A DNA stretch of 32,000 nucleotides from an uncultured Clostridium sp. (GCA_900553985.1 USFW01000009.1:11866-43865), one strand, 5' to 3'. Counted from the first letter of the stretch, positions 9,801 to 18,744 are shown. Numbers and translations: made by a program. The notes: generated by a model from the letters alone, not told the origin.

Positions 9801-12800
9801 TAGTTATTGTTGTGTCATTTGACTTTTGTCTTTCTACTATTACTTTGGCTATATGACCTTTGCCATTTCCTTTGTCGCTTTCCCAGTATATATAATTGTC
9901 ATCTATCTCGTATTGAATATTATTTCCTATTGATACTTCTTCTACTGTATATATTCCTATCAAAATATTATATATTTCAATCAAGCCATTTTCCCCTGTA
10001 ATAAACTCTGTTGCATTTTCTTTATTAGATGTTGTTTTTAAATTTCCTAAATGAATACTTCCTATTACTTTTTTTTGCTCTGTTTTGTTTTGATCAACAG
10101 CTATTATATAATTTCCATCATTATTTTTTATTTTAAATCCAATTCCTGATAAGTGTTTTCCAGAATCAGGATCTTTTTTGGTAATCTTTAAATTTCCTGT
10201 ATTTTTTGTATTCTTTAAACCATATGATAATATCATTCCTTTGTAAATATTTACTGTGTCTTTTTCAACATCTTGATATCCATAATGGCCATTAGATATC
10301 TCTATTATTTTATATGTTCCTGGTTTTAAATTTTCTATTAGAATTTTTCCATCTTTATCAGTTGTAAATGTTTGATTGTATCCGTTTGATGCACTTTCAA
10401 CCCTTATTTTTACGCCTTCTAATTTTATGTTAGAATTATCTGCGTCTTGTTTTATTATCTCTAGTCCACCTTTTATATTTGTCCATTCTACGCTTTTAGT
10501 ACTTGTTGTTGTGTCTTCGCGTTCATTTGTTACTGTAAATGGATTACTTTGTACAGGTTGTGTCCCTGGTATACTTGCTGGATAGTACAATCCAGATACT
10601 TGCACAGTTTCATGTACTTTGCTTGTTACTGCTCCTGTATTATCTAGTCTTATACTTGAAATCCCTTTTTGAACATTACTTTTTGGCATTTTTATATAAA
10701 ATGTTATTGTTCCTCGTACTGTTAGTCCATTTCCATTAGCATCACATGTTGCCCAATTATTAATTGCTTTTCCATCTTTATCTTTTATATAAATTAAATT
10801 CACATTATTATTATTACAACTTATTGAAAATGGTCCTAATAAATAATTATTATTATCAAAGTTTTTTATTCCAATTTCCTCATTTAGTTTTTTTAATTCA
10901 ATTTTTCCTGTAACTTCTGTATAGCTAGAAATAACAGTAGCACTTTCAGATCCTAATGTATAGCCTTTGTAGTATGGTGGATTCATATCTTGATTTGGAA
11001 TCCCAATTAATGCACACCATCCACCTACATCATATGGTCCTCCATAGAAATATGTGCCATTTACTCCTCCTGCAAAAGTAAATGTTGTATAAGCTGGAGC
11101 ATATCCCGCTCGGGAAACATTATTTGATGCAAAAAATGTTATTCCTATTACCATAATAATTGAAAATGTTTTAAATATTTTATTTAATTTTCCTTTTTTT
11201 CTTGCAATTATTAAAGCAATTATTATTAGTATTGCTAAAATCATTCCTACTGAAATATATACTATCATTCCTGTACTAATAGAAATAATTAAGTCTGCTT
11301 TTGAAAAATCGTCTTCATTTTCTTCTTTATTATATGCAACTGAATCAATATCTCTTATTTGATTTTCATTGCTTGAAGATTTTATTTCTGCTTTATTTGA
11401 AATTTGTCCTATATTGTTTTCTGTAATATTCTTACTTACTACTAATGTAACTGTTTGACTTTCTCCTGGTTTTATCTTTTTATTAGTTAAACTATCATTT
11501 GTAATTTCTCCATTTTTCCCCATTTTCCATGTATTACTAGAAACTTTTGATAATTCAAAACCTTCTGGTAAATAATCTACAATAGCATTTACAGTTCCGC
11601 TTATTTCTCCTTCATTCGTTACTTTTATTTTGTATTCTACTGTTACTTTTGTCCCTTCTATTTCTTTTGCTTTTATCTCAACCTTAGCCAATTTTGCATT
11701 ATCATATTTTATTTCTTTTGTTTGTTTTTTTGTTTGTACTGTTAATTTACTAATTGTTTTATCTAAATGTAAATCAAAAATCTTATTTTTTATTAATCCA
11801 ATATCAATGTTTGTTATATTACTATTTATTTTTAATACATCTGTTGCCGCAACTTTCATTTTTATTCCATTTAGCTTTATTTCTTGATTTGAAACATCAG
11901 AATTATTAGAATCATCAACTCCATTTTTTCTACTTGTTGTTATTCTATAATTGTTTGTATCATACATAAATATTAATACATAATTTCCATTAGATATATT
12001 TGTAAAAGAATATTTTCCATCTTGATTAGTTTGTACTTTTTCCTTTACTTTAGTAGGATTTTCCATATCTACTAACATTACTGTTATTCCACTTAGAATT
12101 CCTTCAGTACTTTCTCTTTTTCCATCTTCATTTTCGTCTAACCATGCAATTCCTGAAATTTTGTGTGTTTCTCCTTCTGGTTTATCTGGATCAACTGGTT
12201 TGTCTGGATCTATTGGCCTATCTGGGTCTATTGGTTTGTCTGGATCTACTGGTTTGTCTGGATCTACTGGTATTTCAGTATCTATGTCATATGGTAATAT
12301 TGTATGTTTAACAATATTTGATTTTTTTATTCCTATTATAGAATATGTTTCTTCTTTTCCTTCTACTATTTCTGTTTTGTTTGAAGTTATTGTTGCAAAA
12401 TTTTCTATTTCTGTTTTATCATACACCATTCCTGCTGTTGCTTTTACTTTAATTTTTGCAGTTTCTCCTTCTGGTATAAAACAGAAAATATTAACGTTTG
12501 GTAATAAATTCCCTTCTGAATCATATCTTTTATCATCTATTTCTTCTGATTTTTCTGTTTTTTGATATTCCTTTTCTTCTCTTATTTCCCAAGTTTCATA
12601 TGTTATGCTAATTGGTTCTATTTCTTCTGGTAAATAATCTTCTAATGATATTCCTATTCCTTTATATTCCCCTGTATTATAATTAGAATCACTTGTATTT
12701 TTTACATTAATATCATATTCAATAATATCACCATATCTAATTTCTTCTCCTTCTGTTGGTGAACTCATTGTGATACTTGCATTTTTATATTTAAAATCTG

Positions 12801-15438
12801 CTCTTGTTTCGTTAGCTGTATATGTCTTTCCATCTATTACTATTTTTGAATTTGTAATTAATGTTTTACTTGATTTATCATTATTTTTATCTATTCCTGA
12901 TTCATCCATGAATCCTGCAAATAAATATGTAAAATCATTTTTTATTTTTAATGTTGCTTTGACTGTATTATCTGTTTCGATTGTTACTCTATCTGAAGGT
13001 ATGTCTTCAAATTCAGTTCCTTCTGTAAGCCATTTTAATATAAATTCTTCTGGAAATTTTAAATATACTGTTACTTCTTTTCCCTCTTCACCTTGTAAAT
13101 TAACACCATAATTCCATCTGTTCGTACCATTATCTAATTTAGCATTTACAAAAATTTTAGCATCTGCTTGTTCTATTTTATTATTAATTTCATAATTTTT
13201 TATTTTTGTATTTTCTATATATAGACTTATTTCGCTCTTTGTGATTTTCTCATTTTGATCTTCTGGTAAGTTATCTACTTGTACTTCATAAAAAGCAGTT
13301 TTTGTTTCTCCTGGGTTTATTGTTCCAATTCCAATATCTTTTGTCTTTATTCCTTTATTAAAGTTATATTCATATTTACTCATATAATTATCAAAATCTG
13401 CTTCTAATTCTCCATATATTGTTCCTTCTGCTATATTTGCTTCCACTTTTACATTTTCTATTTTTTTGTTTGAAGTGTTTTTTATTTTAACATTATACTT
13501 TACAAATTCTCCTTCATATAAAGTATCTCCTTCATTAACTTTTGTTTCTCCTTTTGTTGGTGATACTTCTAATTGAATTTTATCTGTATCTATTATATTT
13601 TCAATATTTTCTATTATTTCTTCTTGATTTTGTTCTTTTTTATCTCCTTCTTCTTTTATTTCATCTTTTTGATGTTCTTCTGTTTTATCTATTATTGGTT
13701 TTTCTTCTTTATATTTTTCTATTTGTATTTCAATATTTCTGTTCCCAAATTCTTTTTTATTATTTATGTCATATTCATTAGAATATTCCATGTCTATATT
13801 GCTAATATCATTTTCAATTTCTTTCTTTAAAATTATAGTTGTAGAAATTTTTATATTAGTAGATAATCCTAATTCGCTTCCTTCATTATATTTAGTTTGA
13901 CTTCCTTTTAAATTTGCTATAAGACTCAACTTTCCATTTTCATCTTTTTCTATGTATGGTTGTTCTAATTCTAAACCATTTCCATATACCATTGATGTAT
14001 CTTTTAATATTATTTTTTCTACTTGCTCTGGTAAATTTATTCTTATACTTGGATTTTTAAACATATTTCTTTGAATATTATCTGCATTTAAGTATATATT
14101 AAATTCTACTTCATTTTGTTCTTTATTTGTCCATTTTGTATTACTTATATCAAATTTTATATCTGTTTGCGCTTCCTTAATATCTGCAAAATTTTCTGTT
14201 TTATTTATAAATGTTGTTTCTTCTTTTTTTTCTTCTTTTACTTCGCCTTCTATTTCTTCTATTATTTTTTCTTCTTTTATTCCTTCTATTTTTGTAATTG
14301 TCTTTATTCTTATGTTTTCAGAATCTAACATCGTGCTTTTTATTTCTTTTGTATTTTCTATTTCTAAAATTCCTTCTTTCAAAATGTTGCTAGTTTTTAT
14401 TGTTAATGTTCCCATATCTTCTGGATAATTTATTGTTATTGTTCCATTTTCTTCAAAATTAGAATTTTTATCAATAGTAAATATTATATTGTTGTTTTTA
14501 TCTAAAATCTCAACTTTTCCTTCTTCTCCTAAAATTTGAATTATATTGTCTTTTAGGAATTTTGTACTTTTATATACTAAATTGTTCTTATTTGCTATTT
14601 CTTTTACATTTTCTTCTTCTTCATTTTTATACACCTTTAAAAAGCTATTGTCCTCTGTTAATGTTAATTTTTCTTGTGCTTCCTTTTTGCTAATTACTAT
14701 TTCTTCTTTTTCTTTGTATACTGTTGCATACTCTGTTTTATTTATTATATTTGATTTGATATTACCATTATATATATCTTCTGTGTTATATTTTATAGAT
14801 GTCATTTCTCCTATGTTTTCACTAACATTTTCTTCTAATTTTTGCTCACCAACTATTTCTTTGTTTTCCTCTGTATTTAATATCGCTTTAGTTGTTACAT
14901 CGATATTAATGGCTCTACTTGGTTTTTCTGATGAAAATGTATCATAATAGCAGATAACCATATATTCATCTTTTGCTTTTTCTTGTGGTTTTCCTGAATA
15001 TATTAGTTCTCCATTTTCGTTTATATTATTAGCTTTTATTCTTACTTTTCCTGTGTTTTTATCATATTCATAATTTGCTTCTTTATTTGCTATTTTACCA
15101 TTAGTTATTTCTGTTCTTTTTTCAATTACCTTAACTTCACTTGGATATTTTTCTTCTATTTTATTTAAACTAATGATAGTTTCTGTTTCTTTAAAAGGAA
15201 TATGTTTCTTTTTTTCTCCATAGCCAATTTCTGTATTAATATTAAATTGCACTATAGTTCCTTTATCTTTTTCTGATATATCATAGTTGATATATTTTTC
15301 TAGATCTATTCCTACATTTAATCTCATATCTGTTTTTGTTTCTTCTGCTTGTACAGTTCTTATTGAAAATATTAATATGAGTGTGGAAATTACACATAAA
15401 ATTAAAGTTATTATTGCTTTTTTTGATTTTGTTTTCAT
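6856..15438 (-). CDS. giant cell-surface protein (~2860 aa) with DUF11/CARDB-like and SdrD-B/Cna-B-like repeats and a C-terminal LPPTG sorting signal
   Basis: The ORF opens at 15468; the best start is ATG 15438 after AGGAGG. Signal peptide MKTKSKKAIITLILCVISTLILIFSIRTVQA. Beta-repeat motifs include GEFVKYNVKIKNTS and GTKVTVEYKIKVTNEGE, plus a (P-V/I-D-P-D-K/R)x5 linker. Cna-B/SdrD-B-like modules include IAWLDENEDGKRE...DGKYSFTNISNGNY, GLEIIKQDADN...LKPGTYKIIE and MVWEDIGDGKQ...NGKYLFKNVE. The C-terminus is LPPTG plus a hydrophobic helix plus KRFVLKK. Confidence 0.9.
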   Translation of the reverse strand: MKTKSKKAIITLILCVISTLILIFSIRTVQAEETKTDMRLNVGIDLEKYINYDISEKDKGTIVQFNINTEIGYGEKKKHIPFKETETIISLNKIEEKYPSEVKVIEKRTEITNGKIANKEANYEYDKNTGKVRIKANNINENGELIYSGKPQEKAKDEYMVICYYDTFSSEKPSRAINIDVTTKAILNTEENKEIVGEQKLEENVSENIGEMTSIKYNTEDIYNGNIKSNIINKTEYATVYKEKEEIVISKKEAQEKLTLTEDNSFLKVYKNEEEENVKEIANKNNLVYKSTKFLKDNIIQILGEEGKVEILDKNNNIIFTIDKNSNFEENGTITINYPEDMGTLTIKTSNILKEGILEIENTKEIKSTMLDSENIRIKTITKIEGIKEEKIIEEIEGEVKEEKKEETTFINKTENFADIKEAQTDIKFDISNTKWTNKEQNEVEFNIYLNADNIQRNMFKNPSIRINLPEQVEKIILKDTSMVYGNGLELEQPYIEKDENGKLSLIANLKGSQTKYNEGSELGLSTNIKISTTIILKKEIENDISNIDMEYSNEYDINNKKEFGNRNIEIQIEKYKEEKPIIDKTEEHQKDEIKEEGDKKEQNQEEIIENIENIIDTDKIQLEVSPTKGETKVNEGDTLYEGEFVKYNVKIKNTSNKKIENVKVEANIAEGTIYGELEADFDNYMSKYEYNFNKGIKTKDIGIGTINPGETKTAFYEVQVDNLPEDQNEKITKSEISLYIENTKIKNYEINNKIEQADAKIFVNAKLDNGTNRWNYGVNLQGEEGKEVTVYLKFPEEFILKWLTEGTEFEDIPSDRVTIETDNTVKATLKIKNDFTYLFAGFMDESGIDKNNDKSSKTLITNSKIVIDGKTYTANETRADFKYKNASITMSSPTEGEEIRYGDIIEYDINVKNTSDSNYNTGEYKGIGISLEDYLPEEIEPISITYETWEIREEKEYQKTEKSEEIDDKRYDSEGNLLPNVNIFCFIPEGETAKIKVKATAGMVYDKTEIENFATITSNKTEIVEGKEETYSIIGIKKSNIVKHTILPYDIDTEIPVDPDKPVDPDKPIDPDRPIDPDKPVDPDKPEGETHKISGIAWLDENEDGKRESTEGILSGITVMLVDMENPTKVKEKVQTNQDGKYSFTNISNGNYVLIFMYDTNNYRITTSRKNGVDDSNNSDVSNQEIKLNGIKMKVAATDVLKINSNITNIDIGLIKNKIFDLHLDKTISKLTVQTKKQTKEIKYDNAKLAKVEIKAKEIEGTKVTVEYKIKVTNEGEISGTVNAIVDYLPEGFELSKVSSNTWKMGKNGEITNDSLTNKKIKPGESQTVTLVVSKNITENNIGQISNKAEIKSSSNENQIRDIDSVAYNKEENEDDFSKADLIISISTGMIVYISVGMILAILIIIALIIARKKGKLNKIFKTFSIIMVIGITFFASNNVSRAGYAPAYTTFTFAGGVNGTYFYGGPYDVGGWCALIGIPNQDMNPPYYKGYTLGSESATVISSYTEVTGKIELKKLNEEIGIKNFDNNNYLLGPFSISCNNNNVNLIYIKDKDGKAINNWATCDANGNGLTVRGTITFYIKMPKSNVQKGISSIRLDNTGAVTSKVHETVQVSGLYYPASIPGTQPVQSNPFTVTNEREDTTTSTKSVEWTNIKGGLEIIKQDADNSNIKLEGVKIRVESASNGYNQTFTTDKDGKILIENLKPGTYKIIEISNGHYGYQDVEKDTVNIYKGMILSYGLKNTKNTGNLKITKKDPDSGKHLSGIGFKIKNNDGNYIIAVDQNKTEQKKVIGSIHLGNLKTTSNKENATEFITGENGLIEIYNILIGIYTVEEVSIGNNIQYEIDDNYIYWESDKGNGKGHIAKVIVERQKSNDTTITNTTLTSDKNNKLTVYNRRKYLDLSGMVWEDIGDGKQTYRNNLYDSKEPLIEGMTVTLFEGNKVARTTTTDTNGKYLFKNVEIDKLSKYYISFEYNGMSYECVPKMLDQKNGSKATEGQERENFNNRFAEIKNGEAIGTNGEKTPIEYKKDNKKYESIIDLGKEDKDGKKPYYGVYEKYEITSNTYNAYNGYLDKIRTAEQIRKEDIKEISNINLGIFLREQPNASLIKDLNNVKVSINGQTHTYNYRERFNNSKVYTEGKELKDLEQQIKFQGKYSEMTYSRPLYASDISYQGSKELTVKAIYEIGLINKSTNLKMKISQIYDYFDSKYELKAIGRTLDKNGYVNNDASIKSKELSNQNNYKCVEISTNITIEPQKEEKLYIELEVSRDKLVDILDGNTNIKLDNVAEIGKYGTLDSTGKIYAGIDSNSEPGNVKPADEKTYEDDTDKAPGLSLVLQKNARKITGKVFLENIETSKDPTTVMTGEERKGNGKYDNDEKGISDVEVKLVYANNPDEIVKIYDEDSKTLTKEARVRTNSSGDFEISEFIPENYEIRYTWGNKEYKVQEYKGTVIDESIWNKNEQNNEWYKTTEPRYSDAVDNYEIRNKIDNQTQKITNANSKVINDYVEGSNIILKDGSEEQLITKMDSNTQDFKVNIEYNKDNSSIKDEFETNSDGSLKLDSKGNLITKEQFKNTIKNIDFGLIERPKQQLKLEKHIKQVKITLSNGVILIDAKVEKGPDGKYQLAENTPYTVYLPKSNVSEGALKIEVDQELIEGAKLDVIYEITINNVSELDYVSEKYYKFGIGKENPVRLTPSIIDYLDENLIISDKETAEKWEKLTLEEKKELFENGSLDKDLQKYIEKLKSVQTHISKEALQAGEKTKVELMASKLLSKNDEIILSNKTEVIEIDKTGGRPPEPIPGNFNPSTNKPKEPDGDTSEEIIILPPTGITDNTITYIILGISMLGILTSGIILIKRFVLKK
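12178..12267 (-). repeat. five tandem 18-bp coding repeats (PxDPDK linker) inside the giant gene
   Basis: The plus strand reads TGGTTTATCTGGATCAAC, TGGTTTGTCTGGATCTAT, TGGCCTATCTGGGTCTAT, then TGGTTTGTCTGGATCTAC twice. This encodes PVDPDKPVDPDKPIDPDRPIDPDKPVDPDKP. Confidence 0.9.
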
Positions 15439-15482
15439 ATTTCCTCCTAAAATAACTAATTTAGACATATTGCCTTATATAT

Positions 15483-15511
15483 ATATTAATATATGTATAT
15501 ATTCTTTTCAA
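15483..15511 (-). promoter_or_regulatory. candidate sigma-A promoter for the giant gene
   Basis: Minus strand TTGAAA (15511-15506), 17 nt, TAATAT (15488-15483). Such matches are easy to get by chance in DNA this AT-rich. Confidence 0.3.
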
Positions 15512-15588
15512 TATAGTTATTTTGGTAGACTTTGCCTATACTTGTTTTAGCTTTAGGGATACTTTTCTTAGACATTTTTCTATTTTTT

Positions 15589-15632
15589 ATTACTTTTTTA
15601 TTACTTTTTTGTTACCTTTTTATTACCTTTTT
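15589..15632. repeat. four tandem 11-bp units (A/G)TTAC(T/C)TTTTT upstream of the giant gene
   Basis: The units start at 15589, 15600, 15611 and 15622, so the period is exactly 11 bp. Confidence 0.85.
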
Positions 15633-15805
15633 CATCTTTTAAATAGTTTTATGCGAATAATTTCATTTCCTAGGGATTCTAATATTTTATGTTTTTTATT
15701 TTTTGATAATAAATTATTACATTTTTGAAATTAAATTTTAATATCTAATTTAGTTTTACTTTTTCTTGTAAAACTTTAAATTTTTCTATGGCTAATTATA
15801 AAAAT

Positions 15806-15837
15806 AAGACTGTACCTAGTATTTCTAGATCAGTCTT
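15806..15837 (-). terminator. terminator after the VanW-family gene
   Basis: Stem AAGACTG (15806-15812) / CAGTCTT (15831-15837) with inner CTAG...CTAG pairing. T runs follow on both strands. Confidence 0.6.
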
Positions 15838-15848
15838 TTTTTATTTTT

Positions 15849-17837
15849 TTATTGAATTATATTTTCTTGCTTATTTTCATTTTGAGTATTTGTCTCTACT
15901 TTATTTTGAGTTTTATTGTCATTACTTTCTTCTTTGTTCTCTACGGGTTTATTTTCTTGAACTGTTGTTTTTGCTTTTCCCCTTCTAATAATTTTTTGCA
16001 TTGCACTATAGGTATCCTTAGATAATAATTGTGATGATATTACTTTTCCGTTTTTCATTTTTGTCATATATGTTTGTGTTACTAAACCATTTGCACCTTT
16101 TTGTTTTACTACTTCTTGCCCTGGTTGTAAACTTGCATCTTCTACATACTTTGTTGTAAATGGTATTGTAGATATTGTATTTGTTTTAAATGTGTATGTA
16201 TATTCTCTTTCTTCTTCTTTTATTCCAAAAATTGATATTGTTGCAATTCCACTTACAGATGATGCTTTTAATTTTATTGGATATTTTCTAGTATTCTTAA
16301 ATTTGAAATCAGTTAATCCATATACAACTGTTGCATCTCTTCCAGCTCCTACATAAGATGTTACAAATTGATGATTTCTTCTTTCTACGATTTCCATATC
16401 TGCCATTAGTGCTGCATTATATAGTGTTGAAGATATTTGACATATTCCTCCTCCTATACCATCTACTACTTCTCCATTTTCGTATACTTTTGCATTTTTG
16501 TATCCTGTTGCTGTACTTCTTGGCCCTAAAGTTGCATTATACGAAAATGTCTCTCCTGGCATTATTACTTTTCCGTCTAATTTTTTACAAGCAAGTATTA
16601 AGTTTGTTGTTCTATCTTTGTCACTTGCATCATATCTAGTTTTAAAAGTTGATAATTGATCTGGAAATGCTTCTGGTCCTATTTGATCTATTGTTACTTT
16701 TGGTTTTGTTATTTTTAATTGTATTACATATTCTTCTTTATTTTCTGTTTCTATCATCTTTTTAGCAGCTTCTACATCAAAATCCACACCTTCTACTTCT
16801 GGATATACTGTAAATGGATTTTTTGTATAATATGCATCTTTTGCTTCTTTATATACTTCACTATGTATTTTATCAATATCAATAGGTGCAGGTGATTTAT
16901 TTGTTGTTGGAATTTCTATATATTCTTCTGTTTTATTTATATTATTTAAAGTATTTTTTACTTTATTTAATAATGTATCTGTATCAATAACTATTCCATC
17001 TTTTCCTTTTGTTATAATTAACTTGTTTCCTTCTATAGTATAACTTGATTCTAACATTATTCCTGGTAAATTTTGTCCCATATCATTTATTGTTTGCTTT
17101 GTTACTTCTTCATTTAATGTCATATTTACATTTATATCTTTTTTCTGTATTAATGTACTTAAAATCTTGTAATTATTTACGAAGATATTTCCATCTTTTC
17201 CTAGTAAATATGCTTCATTTACTGCATTTTCAATATCATATTTTACTTCCATAAGTGTTGGATTTAGTTCTGATTCATATTCACCATATTTTAATTTTAA
17301 ATCTTTTTCCAATTTCTCAGAATATATTGTTTCCAATTTTGCCATTGCCTCTTCTTTTGTTAACCCTGAAACTTCTATTCCTTTTATTGTAACACCACTT
17401 ATTACTTTTTCATTGTTTATATTTATAAATGCGAATATTGTAGAGAAAATTGCCATTAATATTACTAAAATTAAACTTATTATTATTGCCTTTTTTCTTT
17501 TTTTACGTTTTTTTATAGTTTGTTCTTTTTGGTCTTGCATTTTTTCAAATTCAGATTTAGCTTTTTTATTGTCTTCTATTTTTTTGAACTTGCTTTCTCT
17601 ATCTTTATTTTTTTCTTCTTTATCTTTTTTCTCTTTTTTGCTTTCTTTTTTTAAGTTCTTTTCTTTTTTGTTTTCATGCTTTTTTTCGTTTTCTTTTTTT
17701 TCTTTTGAATCTTTTACTTTGTTTTCTTCTACCATTTCTTTTTTCTTTTCATTATTTTTTTCTTCTATTACATTAGATTCATTAGTAATTTCTTTTTTAT
17801 CTATGTTTTTTTCTTCTTCCATTGTTTTTTCTTTCAT
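15849..17837 (-). CDS. VanW-family protein with K/E-rich N-terminal tail, one TM helix, YoaR-like region, VanW domain and C-terminal G5-like domain
   Basis: 662 aa. VanW hallmarks are PGETFSYN...GGGICQISSTLYNAA...HQFVTSYV..GRDATV. The TM helix is AIIISLILVILMAIFSTIFAFI. The G5-like segment is VEDASLQPGQEVVKQKGANGLVTQTY. GGGG RBS 8 nt before the ATG. Confidence 0.85.
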   Translation of the reverse strand: MKEKTMEEEKNIDKKEITNESNVIEEKNNEKKKEMVEENKVKDSKEKKENEKKHENKKEKNLKKESKKEKKDKEEKNKDRESKFKKIEDNKKAKSEFEKMQDQKEQTIKKRKKRKKAIIISLILVILMAIFSTIFAFININNEKVISGVTIKGIEVSGLTKEEAMAKLETIYSEKLEKDLKLKYGEYESELNPTLMEVKYDIENAVNEAYLLGKDGNIFVNNYKILSTLIQKKDINVNMTLNEEVTKQTINDMGQNLPGIMLESSYTIEGNKLIITKGKDGIVIDTDTLLNKVKNTLNNINKTEEYIEIPTTNKSPAPIDIDKIHSEVYKEAKDAYYTKNPFTVYPEVEGVDFDVEAAKKMIETENKEEYVIQLKITKPKVTIDQIGPEAFPDQLSTFKTRYDASDKDRTTNLILACKKLDGKVIMPGETFSYNATLGPRSTATGYKNAKVYENGEVVDGIGGGICQISSTLYNAALMADMEIVERRNHQFVTSYVGAGRDATVVYGLTDFKFKNTRKYPIKLKASSVSGIATISIFGIKEEEREYTYTFKTNTISTIPFTTKYVEDASLQPGQEVVKQKGANGLVTQTYMTKMKNGKVISSQLLSKDTYSAMQKIIRRGKAKTTVQENKPVENKEESNDNKTQNKVETNTQNENKQENIIQ

Positions 17838-18136
17838 TCAATCTACCCCTTTAAATATTCTAATTAAATAGTACCATATTCTATTTTTTTTGACAATATT
17901 TTTAAAAAATAATTTGTTTTTATATGCTGTTTTTTCGCTACAAATTAGTGTTTAATACTATATAAAAATTACTTATTTTTATATTTTATACATTATTTAC
18001 TATTCCCATATTCAATAATATTCATTTACTATTTTTAAATACCATATATTTTTTCTTCTTTTTTTGTGATTTTTATTACAAATAAGTTACAATTTAATTA
18101 CATTTTTGTTATTTTGTTTGTTTTTATAAAAAATGC

Positions 18137-18165
18137 TTGAAGATTGTAAAATTTAATATTATAAT
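18137..18165 (+). promoter_or_regulatory. sigma-A promoter for the CBM-like gene
   Basis: TTGAAG (18137-18142), 17 nt, TATAAT (18160-18165), about 35 nt before the RBS. Confidence 0.55.
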
Positions 18166-18200
18166 AGTTGTAGCAAAAGATAAACGAGGAGAGAATATCT

Positions 18201-18677
18201 ATGGAATTAACAAAGAATATTTTTTTTAATACAGATAAATTAGTTGAAAATAGTAAAGTTAAAATTTCATATACAGGTAAATTTTTTCAAGATGCTTCTG
18301 AAGAAGTTTTTATTCATTATGGTTTTGGAATAAATTGGGATAATATAAATGATATAAAAATGGAAAAAACAGATTTAGGATTTCAAGCTGAAATTCAATT
18401 AGGTGAAGGGGAATCTTTTAATTTCTGTTTTAGAAATGGAAATAATGAGTGGGATAATAATGAAGGACAAAATTATATTTTTAATTTGGAAAAATTACCT
18501 ACTGAATTATTAGTTTTAGATAATGAATCTAATTCTTTATCTTCTCCTAGAAAATTAAGAAAAGCTTATTTATGGAGTAAAAAAATTCGTTTAGCTGTAT
18601 ATAAAATTATTACATATTTACCAAAAATTATTTCTGGTAATTATAAAAAGAAAAATGTTAAAACTGAGGAAAATTAG
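18201..18677 (+). CDS. small protein with starch-binding-like (CBM20/25/53-type) domain and basic C-terminal tail
   Basis: 158 aa with a GAGGAG RBS. The pattern HYGFG.NWDN...FCFRNGNNEWDNNEGQNY resembles CBM25/53-type carbohydrate-binding modules. No signal peptide. The assignment is tentative. Confidence 0.4.
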   Translation: MELTKNIFFNTDKLVENSKVKISYTGKFFQDASEEVFIHYGFGINWDNINDIKMEKTDLGFQAEIQLGEGESFNFCFRNGNNEWDNNEGQNYIFNLEKLPTELLVLDNESNSLSSPRKLRKAYLWSKKIRLAVYKIITYLPKIISGNYKKKNVKTEEN

Positions 18678-18700
18678 TATAAATAAATTCTATAATAAAA

Positions 18701-18744
18701 GAAAAACTAAAAGTAGCAAAAGTCTGCTTTTAGTTTTTCTTTTT
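18701..18744. terminator. bidirectional terminator between convergent genes
   Basis: 13-bp stem GAAAAACTAAAAG (18701-18713) / CTTTTAGTTTTTC (18727-18739), with a T run after it and an A run before it. Confidence 0.7.

Noticed and set aside
10560-11100. Possible thioester or isopeptide adhesin domain at the start of the C-terminal half (GGWCALIGIP ... GTQPVQS)
   Set aside because: There is a Cys and a later Gln, but the surrounding residues do not match the thioester-domain motifs I know. It cannot be supported without a profile or structure search.
7047-14947. About twenty plus-strand ORFs (64-134 aa) in the track inside the giant gene, and similar ones inside corA, the membrane-protein gene, the VanW gene, the SDR and gyrA
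   Set aside because: All are antisense to long, well-supported genes. Their translations are F/L/I/S-rich low-complexity strings, as expected from reading A-rich coding DNA backwards, and they lack RBSs.
12178-15632. CRISPR-like arrays
   Set aside because: The only regular repeats are an 18-bp in-frame coding repeat and an 11-bp T-tract array with no spacers. No cas genes are present.
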